Positions 37,744 through 50,518 of a stretch of 64,000 bases of DNA are shown one piece after another. Position 1 is the first letter of the stretch, and each line of letters opens with the position of its first letter. The notes below the pieces were generated by a model. The model was not told the origin of the DNA, did no database searches, and saw nothing but the letters and a program-made list of their open reading frames with translations. The stretch is from Ramazzottius varieornatus. Taxonomy: Eukaryota; Animalia; Tardigrada. The stretch is from positions 550,973-614,972 of the forward strand of contig BDGG01000012.1 in NCBI GenBank assembly GCA_001949185.1. Direction: 5' to 3'. The translations under genes were made by a program, and so were the position numbers.

Positions 37744-39037
37744 ATGGAAGAAAACTCGACATGGACATTTCTGGAGATTGTGCATCACCTGGAAGACGGA
37801 TGTGGTTATGTCCCGAATACACCAGCCCCACAGTATTTTGCGTTCACCACCGATAGGTTCCTGGCGCTAATAAACGGCAAGTCGCACGAAGAGAATGGCG
37901 GCGAGAGGCTGGGAAACAGTAGGAGGCCAGAAGTCCCATCAGATGCTTCGAATGCTTGTAATTGTTTGGTTTCAGCTTAATTAATGTTACTGCTCGCAGG
38001 TGAATGGATCTGTCTGAGCGATTCCGAAGACCTGGATATCCGCAACGGTTACTTCTACCCAGAACAGCTTCTCTATAACAACATTGCTAGTCAAGTTGGC
38101 CATAATCCTCCCCGGTTACCAGAGAAGTACGGCGTTTCCCGACGGATGGTTTTGGACCCCTATCAGCTCAGTCACGTTGTCTACAACCTGGGCTATTCCA
38201 GACCGTTCCGCACTTCGTGCGCCAAGTTCATCCGCGAAAGGCCAACAACCAGAGATCGTCAACAAGGGCAATCCGCATGTATTACGCTATGTTTGGACGA
38301 GACTGCCTTTGTACATAAGTTCGACGAAGCATGGTATGTAAAATGGGACTTCGGCAAATGATTTCAGCCAGATTACTATCTCAAGTGGCGCACGTTTACT
38401 TGTTATTGGCTGTGAGGGTGCGCCATTTAGGAAAACGAGCGGAGTAAATTCATTTCCTGACATCTCATCTATTCCCATCCGAATCTTTTTCAGACTTTCC
38501 AATATCCAATAGAATTTCTTTAGGGAGAACCGAATATGGACCCTATGTATGTGGAACGAACTAGTGAAGGAACATTTGGCCTGGCTGTCAACATTAGGTG
38601 GTGCATTTTCCGCTCTGGGGAAGATCGGGTTCAAAGCCTTTGCCGAACGAGCTGGGAAGATCTCCATATCGCAGCTGCGATTGGCTCTTCGACTGGGTGA
38701 TCCCATCCTCAGTTCGCGGTCTCGAATATACTTCGCCCTCAGCTTGATCCAGCAGAGAAGTTTCAGAATGGCTAGAAGGATTCTTCGGAACGAACGGAGG
38801 TTCGCTCGGAGTGAAGCTGCAAGGTCGGAAGCAGACAAGCTGGAGTCGATAGTGGATAGTGTGTGGCAGTATCTGCTCTGGGAGGAGAAACAGAACAAAT
38901 ACTCGGCCAAGCAGAAGAAGAAGCTGGAAGCAAGAGCTGATAGACTGCTGTTTGACGATGAGACGATGAGGTCGAAAGCTACAATTGCGGATACTATTCT
39001 GGCCATGAGTAGGCTGGACTTTGCTCAAAAGGCATAA
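37744..39037 (+). CDS. DUF4807-like (C. elegans F58A4.6-like) uncharacterised protein, 3 exons
   Basis: Motif LAWLSTLGGAFSALG...FAERAGKISISQLRLALRLGDPILSSRSRIYFALSLIQ, recognised from memory. Introns are ~37919-37999 and ~38335-38523. Confidence 0.7.
38368..38440. repeat. 77-bp palindrome family copy (DUF4807 intron)
   Basis: caagtggcgcac-24nt(gttattggctg)-gtgcgccattta. Confidence 0.82.
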
Positions 39038-40006
39038 AGGTGAGTTCCTTGTTCTTTCATAGAGAAGTTGAAAAATTTTACTGTATCATGTTGCGGTGAT
39101 TCGGGGGATTTCATCTCTGTGCTTGGTCCAACTGATATCCCATATACTCAGAAAACAAAATGTGAAGCCGCCCCCTAAAGCCTGAAGAGCGCCGTCAATA
39201 TTCGAACGTTGTTGGGCAGGGGTAATCTTATCTTCGATGGGACACTCGAACTTAGGCGACGCTTCATTGATATGGCATTTGATGAACTTGCAAATCAAAC
39301 CAAATACGGTGTTACAAGTGGCTGGTTCCTAACGATGTCGGGTACTGGCCAGAAATATGTTTAAGTTTCGCTGGTACTGCTTCTACCGAGTAAGGTTCAG
39401 TAGGGAGACTGAGCTAATGTAGTCCTTACATGTATCCGATTTTCAGAACGCCAAGAAGGAAGAATTAGTATAGCAATGTCGTTTGAATCCCTGTTCTTGA
39501 GAGTGCCGAACAACCGACATAATGCTGCCAAAGAGTGCCCCACTAGAAGCAGTAATCTTAAACAAAAGATTTATCTTCCACGACAAAGTTGACTACAACA
39601 ACGACGACAGAGTGTTACTGCCGTACTGGCAATTTTAATACTGCGTGCAAATAATGGGTTTTGGTACGTAGGGTAAAGGGTGGCTGGACAGTGGCTGACT
39701 GTCTGGATGATGTGGAAAATGCGGACAGCGAAAGGAAGTCAGTGCAACCGCCCAACCCCGCCGTCTTTGATGAGATCATTCGTGAACACCAGGCAGTGAA
39801 CTGTCGCTTTTTACTTCCGTTCTTTCCCGAGGTCGTTTGAGAGCCGATGCCCTTTTCTTTGGCGGAATAGGTTCCTCGCTCTCGACTTGTGCTCCTGGAG
39901 CTGGTACTCTCGTAGCAACTGGTCAGTTCACAGTAGGAGCTGGCTTGGTGAACAGAAGGAAGGTCCTAAGAGTGGCACCTTGAAACGTTGTTTATAATGC
40001 TTTGAA

Positions 40007-42191
40007 ATGACGGCCAGGTCCGATAAGAAAAAGCAGGATAAGGGGGACGTCGATATTGCCGATTCGCCTTACTTCAACGCTACCTCCACAATCTCTGGTC
40101 TGAGCTTGCCGGAAGTGACGGAAATTGGCAAAGCTGGTGTCATCACAAACCGCATCCCTGATATTATTCTACCGGAGGAGATTACTACTGCTCGTTTGAT
40201 ACTGCGTCGTGATCGCCAGACTCATTTTGAGGAACTGGGTGCCGTGGTTGACCGAATGCGCTTGACGAAGTCGGGCTATGACTGCGTGATCGTTTGTGGG
40301 AAGGAGAAGGTGTACGCACATCGATGTGTCCTCATTGCGCATTCAGAATATTTCGAGAGGTTACTGTTTGAGAGCGGGGATAAGCTGATGGTGGATGTCC
40401 CAGCTGATGGCATTCCTGCGAGAGGCATGACGGCCATCATCGACTATATGTACAGCGGCGACCTGAAGATCAATTATGAGACCGCAGTGGATACGCTGAC
40501 CACGGCGAATATCCTCGAGATGCCGGACCTGACGGACAAATGCTCCGACTTCATTAACACGCTCTTGGCTGACGAGAACTTGATGACAACCCTCGAGGTG
40601 GGTTCTTGGCAGACTGGTCTGGGTCGCTTTTGATATATGGCATGACAATGTTTTCTTCGTAGTTAGCTTGCCGAACGGACGGGTGTCAATCCACTGTACT
40701 CGGAAGCCTACAAGCGACTTGCAAAGAACTTCTATATCCAGACCAAGATGCCCGGCTTCCTGTTGTGGGATATTGAGAAAGTCACGCGGCTGCTATCGAA
40801 TGACCACATTGTCATTGAGGTACGAGCTGCCAGCCTGCCGTTCATCTGGCTGTACATGAGCCATGGGAGCTCGCTGCTCGGCAAAAAAACTCGACCAGAT
40901 TGTTTTCTCAAGTGGCGCAAGTTTTCAGTTTTATCACCGAAAGCCTGCGTCACTTGGAAAACAACGATGTTGTCGAGTTCGACTGTTTTCCCAAGTGGCG
41001 CAAATTTTTGGCCTAATTGGCTGGAAACCTGCGCCGCTTCGCCAGACGATCTTGCCGACTTCGTTAGCCTAGGTCCCACATTGTCTGCCGCTTTTCTGCA
41101 GAATAGGTGGCTGAATGCTAATTTCTTGGTTGTCGATTAGACAGAAGTCCACGTTTTTGTGGCTGCCATGCGCTGGATGCAGTACAAGGAGAAGGAGCGG
41201 CGGCAGAACTTCAAGGTACTGATGGACTGTGTGCGGTGGGTCTACATGTCGACCGAGGACATGATGAACTGCATCGACCAGGAACAGGACCTCCTCAAAC
41301 AGGCAGACATCCGCGTCCTGCTAATAGATGCTAACTGGTACTTTTCGTTTCGTCTAGTAACGGGATGTACCAGTTCCTATGCCCGAAACTTTCCCATAGG
41401 TATCTGACACTGGAACATTACCATTTCGTATGGAAGGACTATATCATTCCGCTACCTCGAATACGCTCACTGAGAAAAGAAGGTACATAGCCCAAGATCT
41501 TTCCATGAATGATTGGCTTGCTAGCTTTTATTTGTTGTAATCACTTAGATCCGGAGGAAGTGGTTAACAGAATGCGTGTCTCCCTTGTGGCTAAGCATTC
41601 CTCCATGGACCACATATGGAAAACCAGAGAGGCCGCTGTAAGTTTTCATTCTCACATGTCTGGTTTTGATTAGTGAATATTTGTTTGTTGTAGACTGCCG
41701 TAACGAAAGACAGACCTTCAAGCAGAGCTGCCGTCTATCGAGAGAGCTCGAAGAAGGAAGAGCGGAATAAAGAGCACCGACAGGCGGCGTCACTTCCGGC
41801 TTCGAACTTTGGACGCGCTGGTACAGCTGACGGCCCCGAAGCTACACCTCGTAGAAGTAGTGATCGTGCTGTTGCTTCCTCGCCGAAAACTGCGCCTTCT
41901 CCCAACCACGCATCCACACCACACACAGCGCCTTCGCCGAAAGTCCCTCAGTCGCCTGTTGTTCCTCCTGATGCGAAGCACGACAGACCAGAGTCAGGAG
42001 GAAAGCACGAAAAGCAACAGTCGGGAGGAAAGCATGAACGACCGAAGTCAGCAGGCACAGCGAGGTCGAGAAAGCGCGAGAAGGAAGAGAAGAAGACCAA
42101 AGCTGAGCCGGTTGAAGAGTCGCCGGCAAAGTCTCCGAAAGGGGAAAAGTTTACGCTGTTCAAAAAGAACGCCAAAAAGAAGGGACGCTGA
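40007..42191 (+). CDS. BTB/POZ + BACK domain protein without kelch repeats, with a low-complexity basic C-terminus
   Basis: BTB: DCVIVCGKEKVYAHRCVLIAHSEYFERLL...AIIDYMYSGDLKI...L.TANILEM. BACK: LLSNDHIVIETEVHVFVAAMRWMQY...LMDCVRW. The final exon (41693-42191) is S/P/K-rich. Confidence 0.82.
40895..41054. repeat. 77-bp palindrome family doublet (BTB gene intron)
   Basis: Cores start at 40909 and 40992. Confidence 0.85.
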
Positions 42192-42628
42192 AGGTCGCAC
42201 GGGTCATTCTTCATGCCTCGTAAACTTCTTTACGAGCTTCCTTCTGTCAGTCACAAGTTTTCTTCGAAATCGCAGCTTTCTCTTTCTGTTTTCACGGTGT
42301 TGTCAACAGCGTGATTTTCATATTGAAAAGGGTTTTCTGGAATGTTTTGAGTTAGGAGGTGTTAATGGGCACTTGTCTGCCTTCACACATATTTTAACGA
42401 CCCACGGCTGGCTGGACTAATCCCGAATTATGTCAACCACTCTCTGTTGGAGCAGTCAAGTGCGATTAATGATGATGGTCGGTCATGTGCTCTTGAACAG
42501 TCCTTCTGTAACAGTGTAATGAAGCATAGCGAAGCGAACTCTGTTGTACCGGTAGGAGAACGGATTTCAATGAGGGACTTTGATGGGGCGTAAAAACTTG
42601 AGCCGCTTTGAATGTTGGAAATTGGGCT

Positions 42629-43644
42629 TTACCATCGGAGGCTGAAGAGCCTGTTCCGAAGGAAGTAAACTATCTTCCTAATACTTGCGTGCCTCGACTG
42701 GCTTGTTCCTTTTCTTCGGGTGGGGAATCCCCAATTAAGAGCTGAATTGTTTGGTTGATGGAGGCTTAGGCACCAACCAAGTTGATCCAGAGCACAACAA
42801 GGGATTTCTGACTGAGACAAAGTAAACCTCTCGATCACCGCTCTAGAATCTCGGGGGAACATGCGCACGTGTGTCACGTCAAATCTGGAGAAAATTTCAA
42901 TATGAACGATTCCACCAGCTGTCACCGGCAAATTAAATTCCCATCGTTTGTAAGCATACGACCTTCCATCAATTTTTCTAAATGGGCAAGTCCACACTGG
43001 CCTTAAACCATTCCTGAAAGCAAGGATGAACCTGGTAGGGTGGAGAGCTGCGAGTCTGCGACCGTGGTTCTGGTTTCTTTGATATAGTGATCCAATGAGA
43101 ATCTTGGCATACAAAGTTTCGACTTCCGGCGCCGCATCGTCCCGGAAGTGTCGAAGATGTGAGCTATGTATTAGCCCAGTCGACCTTCTTGTCACTACAC
43201 AGAGAACCAACAGTAGATGTCACCGCCCTGAGCTTTAAGTTGACAACGCTCCAGATTTTCAAAGCCGTTAACTTATTTTTACTGTTGACACTACTGGGTA
43301 AGTATTGATTTTTTCTGGACCGCGATCGTACGTTTAATGAAAATCAGGGAGACACTTTTCGCTTCCATCCAAATTTGGTGCGCAGCATAAGCGCAGATGC
43401 CAAACTCCAGCTGTTCTAAGTACAGTCTAAGTACCTACATGTTGAAGCATCGTTAGCCGGGTATTCGGGTTCGTGCGGTAAGAACCCGCGCAGCAGGGAA
43501 CGCCCAGTCTTTGTCTCTCTGGCCGTTTGGGTACGCACGATGGTACGAACATAGTTCTGAAATTTGTTTCGGAGATTAAGCTCCGCCATTGGAACTTCTT
43601 TGGGGATGACGGTTTGCACACTGTCCGCCTGTTGACTAGTCATG
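42629..43644 (-). CDS. Possible orphan spliced gene (low confidence)
   Basis: Two plausible minus-strand ORFs (43416-43715 and 42629-43210) with splice-like boundaries. No recognisable domain. Confidence 0.25.
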
Positions 43645-45508
43645 GAGCGAGAAGTTGTCGTCCATCGGGTATCAACCGTGGTGCTGTAACGCGCAATATT
43701 AATCAGACTTCTCATGTTTTTACTGTTTCAGATGTTGCCGCAAACTCTCATGGAAGAGGCGTGCGCGTTGGATGACAAAAATTTCTAAACTGACATGCAG
43801 CACGATCTGTAGCTTAACTTGAGGCGTATCCGTCAGCCGCGATTGCCTCCACGATAAAGCTAATCGACCCAGCTTTCTGCAGGCCAAAATCGAAAGCCGC
43901 GTACTTTCGGTTAGCCATTTCTTTCCTGTAGCCTTTTCTTTGGGCTTGCGGAATACAGCATTGCGCTTTTGTTCGAAACCCGTACCCTTTTGTGCTTCCG
44001 AGCGTGAGGCTATATAGAGTGAGGTATTCAGATATACCGTATCGCACCAGGCGGGGTTCCTGGGAGCGGTACTTGTTAGGCAGGGAAGATCAGCTGAGAG
44101 CCAGAAGTGCCGCACCTTGCCTTGTACTCCGAAGGGACTGGAGCGGATAAAATGTTAATATGTATATTCACTTTTAAGATTTCGTGCCGGTTAATATCCC
44201 TTGCGCGCTATAAGTAACTTCCTGATTAGGGTTCATAATCCCCGGAAGCCCTTGTTCGCCCATGGTCCCTGTTCATTTTCTTGGTCCCGGCAGAGTAACC
44301 ATCCACGCATCGAATAACAAACATGGCGGCACCACTTCTTAACCAAGGCTTTTGTGGTTTGGGATTGCTCGACTATTGATCTGGCTGAGCTCTGTGATGT
44401 GTGTACGATTACCGCGAGAAATATCGTTTGAGCCTTTATACTGTATAATTTGAGAACCCCGATCGAGCCCGGCACTGCGGATTTTCCTGCTGACATTCTG
44501 CTTTGCACTTTATGACTATTCCGCTGGGAATTTTAATTGGGCGTACGAGATGGCTATCTGACTGGTCTGAAGACTTACAGTGTTATTTGTGGAACTTGAG
44601 ATGCACTACAACCTTCCGCTGCACCATGCTCCAAGGCGGAACTTGAGTGCGCCAAAAAGAACAGATCTCTTGATGAATATTTATTGTATACACTTGTGAC
44701 AAGCCTGCTTTCCTCTCTGAAAAATATCACGTGAAAGATTTTCATGACGTTTCCTGCGAATTGCAAAAGGCTGGAATATGGACTGTCGACGTGAAAGTTC
44801 AATGCGGCGGGCGACCTCTCGCGTGACTTTGGGCCCCAACCTGACGTGATTAAGTCTTAGCGCAAGGAGTGGGCAGAGCTAAGCTTCTGCGCTAATCAAA
44901 TTTTTGACCCTGCTCAAATTCAATATCGATCTTTCTAATTATAATTTTGATTTATTCGGACTTCCTAGACGCAACCTTCGAATGTCAGGCGGATTATTAT
45001 CTTACATTACCGGAAACCGAAGAAAAGTCTGCTCGTCAGTGTAATTACTTTCGGTCGTCCAGGCCTGTGTCATTCCTCTGTCTGACCGCTCGTGCATTAC
45101 GCTAATAGGCATAATTGCTATATCCTCGAACCATGATTATTATAGAAAATTGTTCGAAATCCGAATTGCTAGTGTAATATTACAGGAATTCCATGTCGCT
45201 GTCTCTTCTGCAGGCTTTGGCCGTTTTATGTAACGTGGAGTACATGCAGACCGTCCGAGCATTCTACGTGATGGATCATCCGGATTATGGGGTCAAAGAA
45301 AATCGCAGTGAAATGATCGACCTTTTAGACTTCTTTTTTGATCAGCCTACGACGCTCATGTCCGCCCTTTAACCTGGAATACTGGACTGATCGGGACGTG
45401 ACGAACCCATTGTGTGGCCCGATCATCCTGTCGATTGAGAGTGGAGTACTCACTCGAGGCCACCAAGCGGCTGCTTGTCTATTTGCGGGGAGCCTGCTGG
45501 ACCATCAA

Positions 45509-48500
45509 ATGGACACCTTCACCACGCCGAACTCGGTCCGTGGGATCTCGGTGCCCTTCTATGATATGCAGAGTGTGCTGTGGAATAATATTAGCAGCAC
45601 CCCGTCCAGCGCCTACGGGCGGGGCCAATTACCGCAGGAAATGCAGTTCACCAGTGTGAATGTCATCGTGATTGTTATCTATTCTAATTTGGTTTGGATC
45701 TCCCTTCTGGGCAACATTACCGTCTTCAGCACTTTGATCAGAATGAAGAAAAAGACTCGAGTGCACATCCTTCTGCTTAACTTGTGCACTGCGGATATCA
45801 TGGTCACAGTTGTCGAGATGCCTCTAAAGGTAGGCGATTGGTCAGCGCTAGCCACCATCCAGAATGAACCCGATGACCTTTTTGCTCACTTCAGTTTGAG
45901 GTTCTCAGTCGCGGCTCGCAAGAAAAAGTACCATTTACGACTTTGTGTGAGACAGTGACAGCGAAGAACATGACTACTGGATGTCGGCAAAGGGTCTGAA
46001 CAAGATCGTTTGCCCAAGTGGCAGCTAATAACATTCCCAATGTACGCGCCACTTCGAATGACGGTCGTGTTCAATTCATTTGCCGACGGCCCAATTGTTT
46101 CGTCGTAACGCCACAGCGGTGTCAAGTCCCAGTTTCTCAGAAGCATTACTATTTCTGGAAAACACGCTCTGGCCTAACATATTCGTGCGCATGGGGGAAG
46201 TAACCGACAGGGGAAGCCGAGGCTGCAAGGGGGCTCTTTTAAGCCGGAAATTGTTCGAAATTCGAACTACAGTACATTAGTTTTGCGTAGGCCGCCAGCT
46301 GTGTTTGCCTACGATGGGATGATCCCGTAATTGGCCTGTCTGATCCTACCATACATCGGTCTGATTAGCAGGCTTTTTGTCTATCACAGTATCTGGTTCC
46401 AGCCTCCAGGCGTAGGAATTCAAATTACCCTACTTGTGGGCTTGGTGTTTTTCTCTTGGTGGTTCAAGTAAAGCTGTTACGTTGGTTTGTTTGGCAGTAA
46501 AAGGATAGAGATCCTGCCAACAAAGGACACATGCATTTCTGACTCATTGCGGACTGTAAAGAGAAATATTGAATTAAATTCGATCATACATGTTATAAAG
46601 AACGCCTGACAGGCAGCTGGGCTAATTGCTCGTGAGAACCCCATTGAACCTTTTCAAAACTCTCATGCTCGACTATGTTCCGTTTTTTTTCTCAGTATGA
46701 GCTACTTCAATAGGCGCTCGTACAAAATACAACGTTGAACATATCAAGCTGGTCGTCGGTTTTTTAAGAGGGCAATTTTATTTTTGATCTAAAGTTCCGA
46801 TACGTACGTCCTGCGCCAAACGTGAATTTCTCAGAGGTTACCTGGGTTTGTCACGGAAGGGAGATGGAGTCGAGGACAAGGAGTATTACTCTTATGATAA
46901 ACGGTTGCTAAATTGACAATCTCTCCTCTCTACATTGCTCATTTTCGTTATTCTTCAATGTCAGTCAGCATGCTCCGCATGAATTCCGATAAGTAATATT
47001 GGGAAAAGCTGTGCTCTATTCCGAGAACCTTTTGGGAAAACTTGAGAAATTCTCTGCTTGCAATTGGTCGTGAACTTGTTTTTGCTGTTACAGATTGCGT
47101 GGAAATGGACGGTGCAATGGACAGCCGGAAACTGGACATGCAAGCTGTTTTCCTGTTTACGGGTCTTCGGGCTGTACCTCAGTGCCCTCTTGCTCATTGC
47201 CATGAGTGTCGATCGGTTCTTGGCCATCTGGGACCCAATGTCTTCCGTCCAGAAAGCCGGCCAGCGAACTCGCATCATGATCCTACTCGCATGGCTCCTC
47301 GCCATTGCCTGTGCGGCTCCTCAGGTGGGTCCCCAGTCCTGTCTGGTCCGTTTCTGCATTTCCGATATAGTTCACGAGGGTCCACGAAAGTCAACAACGT
47401 CAGCGTTATATGTTTGTTCTAGGCTCTCATATTCCACGTTCTGCAACATCCAGAATACAACTGGTACCATCAGGTATGTGTATGTATGTCAGTTCTTCTA
47501 GACTTCGTTCAAGCGGATCGGATCGTCTGACTGAGTAAGACGATCGATAGTCTCACCTTGTCGGAATGTTTTAGTGCGTGACGTTTGGATCATTTGCGTC
47601 AAGGAACTCCGAAATGGCTTACGGCATAGGAGTAATGCTTCTGACGTATGGATTACCTTTGCTGACGATCCTGATGTGCTACCTGGGAATATGGCTACGG
47701 GTAGTCGCCAGTACCATTCAACACAGTTCGTACCGCTGTCCACCAATTTCGTTGGTTCTCTTATGAGCGCTACAGTGGCGCCACAGATTCACGATGGTCT
47801 TCTGTTTCTAGGGCGGTCTCCCACCGACACATACGTGACGGACTCTTTTAGGAATGGCACGGAAAGTCTACGAAGATCCATGGTTTCTTTGAGGACCAGC
47901 AATACTGACCGACTCATCAAAGCGAAACATCGCACGTTAAAGATGACTGGTAAGAACTTCCTTGTTGCATCTACACGTGGATCTTTGTGCGCGTGATTTG
48001 TTGTCCGGAATTCAACGTTCGTTGTTTTTCTTTGTAGTTTTTATTGTCGGGATATTCATCTTGTGTTGGTCGCCGTACCAGCTACTATCGATGTGGTACA
48101 TTTTTGACAGGTAATTGTCTAATGAGTACTGTAATGCTACATAAACTTCGCGAAGTGACGTCCCAGTACGCGTAGAGTTTACGGTTAAGATGACGATACA
48201 GCACACGCTTAATGTGACGTCAGTTCGCGAAGTTCGTGAAGCCTTACAGTATGTTTATCATCACCAATCAACACGTGGGAACTGGGCAAGAACATTCAAG
48301 GTCGTTATGTCGAGTGGCGCACCTTTCGAGCCAATAGCAATGAAAACGTGCGTCACTTGAGGTAAGAGTCTTGAACCTGCTGTTTGCCCAGCTCTCACTT
48401 CGCATAATTGTGTACCATACTGTATACCTAACTCATGGGTATTTTATGCAGGAACTCTGCGGCTCAACTGGATCATCTGGTCCAAGAGATCCTGTTTATT

Positions 48501-48800
48501 TTTGGAGTTTCTAGCAGCGTCCTGAATCCCTACGTGTACGGTTTGTACTCGATGGGTATCTGGAGACACGTCAATCTTTTCATGCACATTCCCTGTCTTC
48601 GGAAGACCTTCATGGCTACCAACCCTGGTTTTCATGAGCGAGATACCTCTTTCTGTGGACGAACCGGCGACGCACCTCCCACACGATATCGCGGGCGTTA
48701 TCGGACCACAAAATTCAGAGCTTCAATCTATTCCAACGCCAGTCTCAATACCTGTACAAGTATTCGGAACTCTTTCAAACGATACCGCTCATCTCCCTGA
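45509..48800 (+). CDS. AKH/ACP/GnRH-family class A GPCR (7 exons)
   Basis: ILLLNLCTADIMVTVVEMPLK|IAWKWTVQWTAGNWTCKLFSCLRVFGLYLS...SVDRFLAI, APQALIFHVLQHP...QCVTFGSF, KAKHRTLKMT, CWSPY...WYIFDRNSA and NPYVYG are characteristic of AKHR/ACPR. Confidence 0.92.
46001..46069. repeat. 77-bp palindrome family copy with an internal deletion (receptor intron 1)
   Basis: caagatcgtt tgcc caagtggc-agctaataac...gcgccacttc..gacggtcgtg. Confidence 0.75.
48129..48249. mobile_element. 121-bp TA-flanked MITE in receptor intron 6
   Basis: TA|CTGTAATGCTACATAAACTTCGCGAAGTGACGTC...GACGTCAGTTCGCGAAGTTCGTGAAGCCTTACAG|TA. Confidence 0.78.
48297..48373. repeat. 77-bp palindrome family copy (receptor intron 6)
   Basis: caaggtcgtt atgt cgagtggcgcac-25nt-gtgcgtcacttg aggt aagagtcttg. 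Confidence 0.85.
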
Positions 48801-49518
48801 ACCAATGCTTTACCATAACAACCTTAGTTTGGTGTTCTCGAACCGTAATTTTTACTGTTTTGCTTGGCTTCGAAGCTCTTCCACCAAAAGTGAGTCTGCT
48901 ATCTCTGTGGAACTTCCTCCTTGAACTTCCTCCTTGTTGCTGTATGACGGGATCCACGGTCCGCCGGAACAAGCTTTGATTCACCTCACCGAAGAAATAT
49001 ATCAAAGGACATGAAGGTTATCAATCACACAGCAAGACGAACAACAATTTAATACACACTTTTATACAAATGGTGCGAACAGTTCGATAGCGCTTGTTGT
49101 GACGAACCCTGTTCCAGCTGATAGGCTTTCGTCGATAGAAGGACCATCAACTGAGGCGAGCACGTGAGATGAAAAGCGAAGAACCAGGTGAGATTTGCCT
49201 ATCATGCAACTATGGAGCTGACTATGTCAAAAGTCAAGTAGGTACAGCATTAGAACTTCGGTCTTTCATTTTGAAACTGACCGCGACGGATTGTGTCATT
49301 TCTTGTACAGTTTTTCCTCAAACGGACTTTTACGGTTGGCTCCTTCCATGGTACGTATATGATGAGCTTGACTTCACTGTGAATTTTGGGTGAAGTAATT
49401 CTAAACGGTCAGCATAAAGCCTTGTCCAGAAAATGATCATGCCTTTTGCATCTTTTTGGTTTGCGTATAGTCCAGGAGACCCCCTCGGCGAACCGTTACT
49501 TAATCAACACTCCAAAGA

Positions 49519-49770
49519 ATGATGTCGCGCTCCATCGTCATCTTCCTGGGGCTCCTCCTTGTTACCGACGCCAGCGCCGGACCCCTTGCGGTGGCAGCTG
49601 CTCAAGCTGGCTGCGCCGCGGTACAAGTAGCTTGCTACGCCGGGGCCGGAGCGGTCTTTGGTACTGTCACAGCGGGTGTGGGTACTCCAGCCGCCATCTT
49701 GGCCTGCAATTCTGCTTTTGGAACGTGTATGGCCGCCGCCTACTGGGCCTTCTTCCTGCCAACTGTATGA
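49519..49770 (+). CDS. Small secreted Ala/Gly/Cys-rich hairpin protein (fungal/algal 'zygote-specific class V'-like family), intronless
   Basis: Signal peptide, then GPLAVAAAQAGCAAVQVACYAGAGAVFGTVTAGVGTPAAILACNSAFGTCMAAAY, matching the recalled GP...CQ.GC....VACY..AG..FGT......PAAI..CN.A.G.C pattern. Confidence 0.75.
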   Translation: MMSRSIVIFLGLLLVTDASAGPLAVAAAQAGCAAVQVACYAGAGAVFGTVTAGVGTPAAILACNSAFGTCMAAAYWAFFLPTV

Positions 49771-50382
49771 AGGAAACACGATTTACCAGGTCTTGGTTAG
49801 TTTCCTGCTCTTCGTCGTTCCTTTTAGGATGTACGAAGCCAAGAGTGCTTATTATGTGAATGTTAGAATGTAAACCTCGAGCCGCCATCTCGAATCGATT
49901 CGCTTTTCTCTCACAAACTGAGTAACAGCATCGCAGGTTGTGACAATGAGTCCATCGTGAAATTCTGGGTTAAAATACCAAAACGGTCGCAGGTGTTGCT
50001 CCGGCATATTCGAAAGTGGTCACTTCGTCAGTCTTTGCTTATTTTCGCTTGATCTTTAACGTGTGAAATCGGATCTGAACTACAGTAAGATCCCACAAGT
50101 GGGTCCCACATCCCGTTTCCATCTTGTGATGGGAAAAATAACGGGATGAAGTATTAAGACAAGTATGGCGCAGTGAAGAGAACAATGAACCGATCAATCA
50201 ACGTTACACCTGAAGCGCTGCGGACAGCGGGCAGTACGGCCTGACAACCAATCACAACACGCCTGCTAATAGCTTAAGGAGTTTACTGAACCCCGCCCAC
50301 AGCGAGCCTAACTATAAATGAGCCTGATCTGGAGTGACGACAGCATTCCTTCTCCTCATTTCTTCGGATTGCGGTCTTTCCG

Positions 50383-50430
50383 CTTCGACCTTTGTTTCGA
50401 CCTTTGCTTCGACCTTTGCTTCGACCTTCG
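50383..50430. repeat. 12-bp tandem repeat (CTTCGACCTTTG x4)
   Basis: cttcgacctttg tttcgacctttg cttcgacctttg cttcgaccttcg. Confidence 0.85.
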
Positions 50431-50518
50431 CACACATCGATTGAAGATTTTACTGACAGCTGCTCAAATCACGCTTAAAGTCATCTAGTACTTGGCGAAG
50501 CCACGTGAAACAAAGGTT

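Noticed and set aside
38287-39028. Long antisense ORFs over DUF4807, THADA, the coiled-coil gene and SLCO exons
   Set aside because: They are shadow ORFs of real coding exons on the opposite strand.
48911-48937. 13-bp direct duplication GAACTTCCTCCTT in the receptor 3' region
   Set aside because: A simple local slippage duplication with no further structure.
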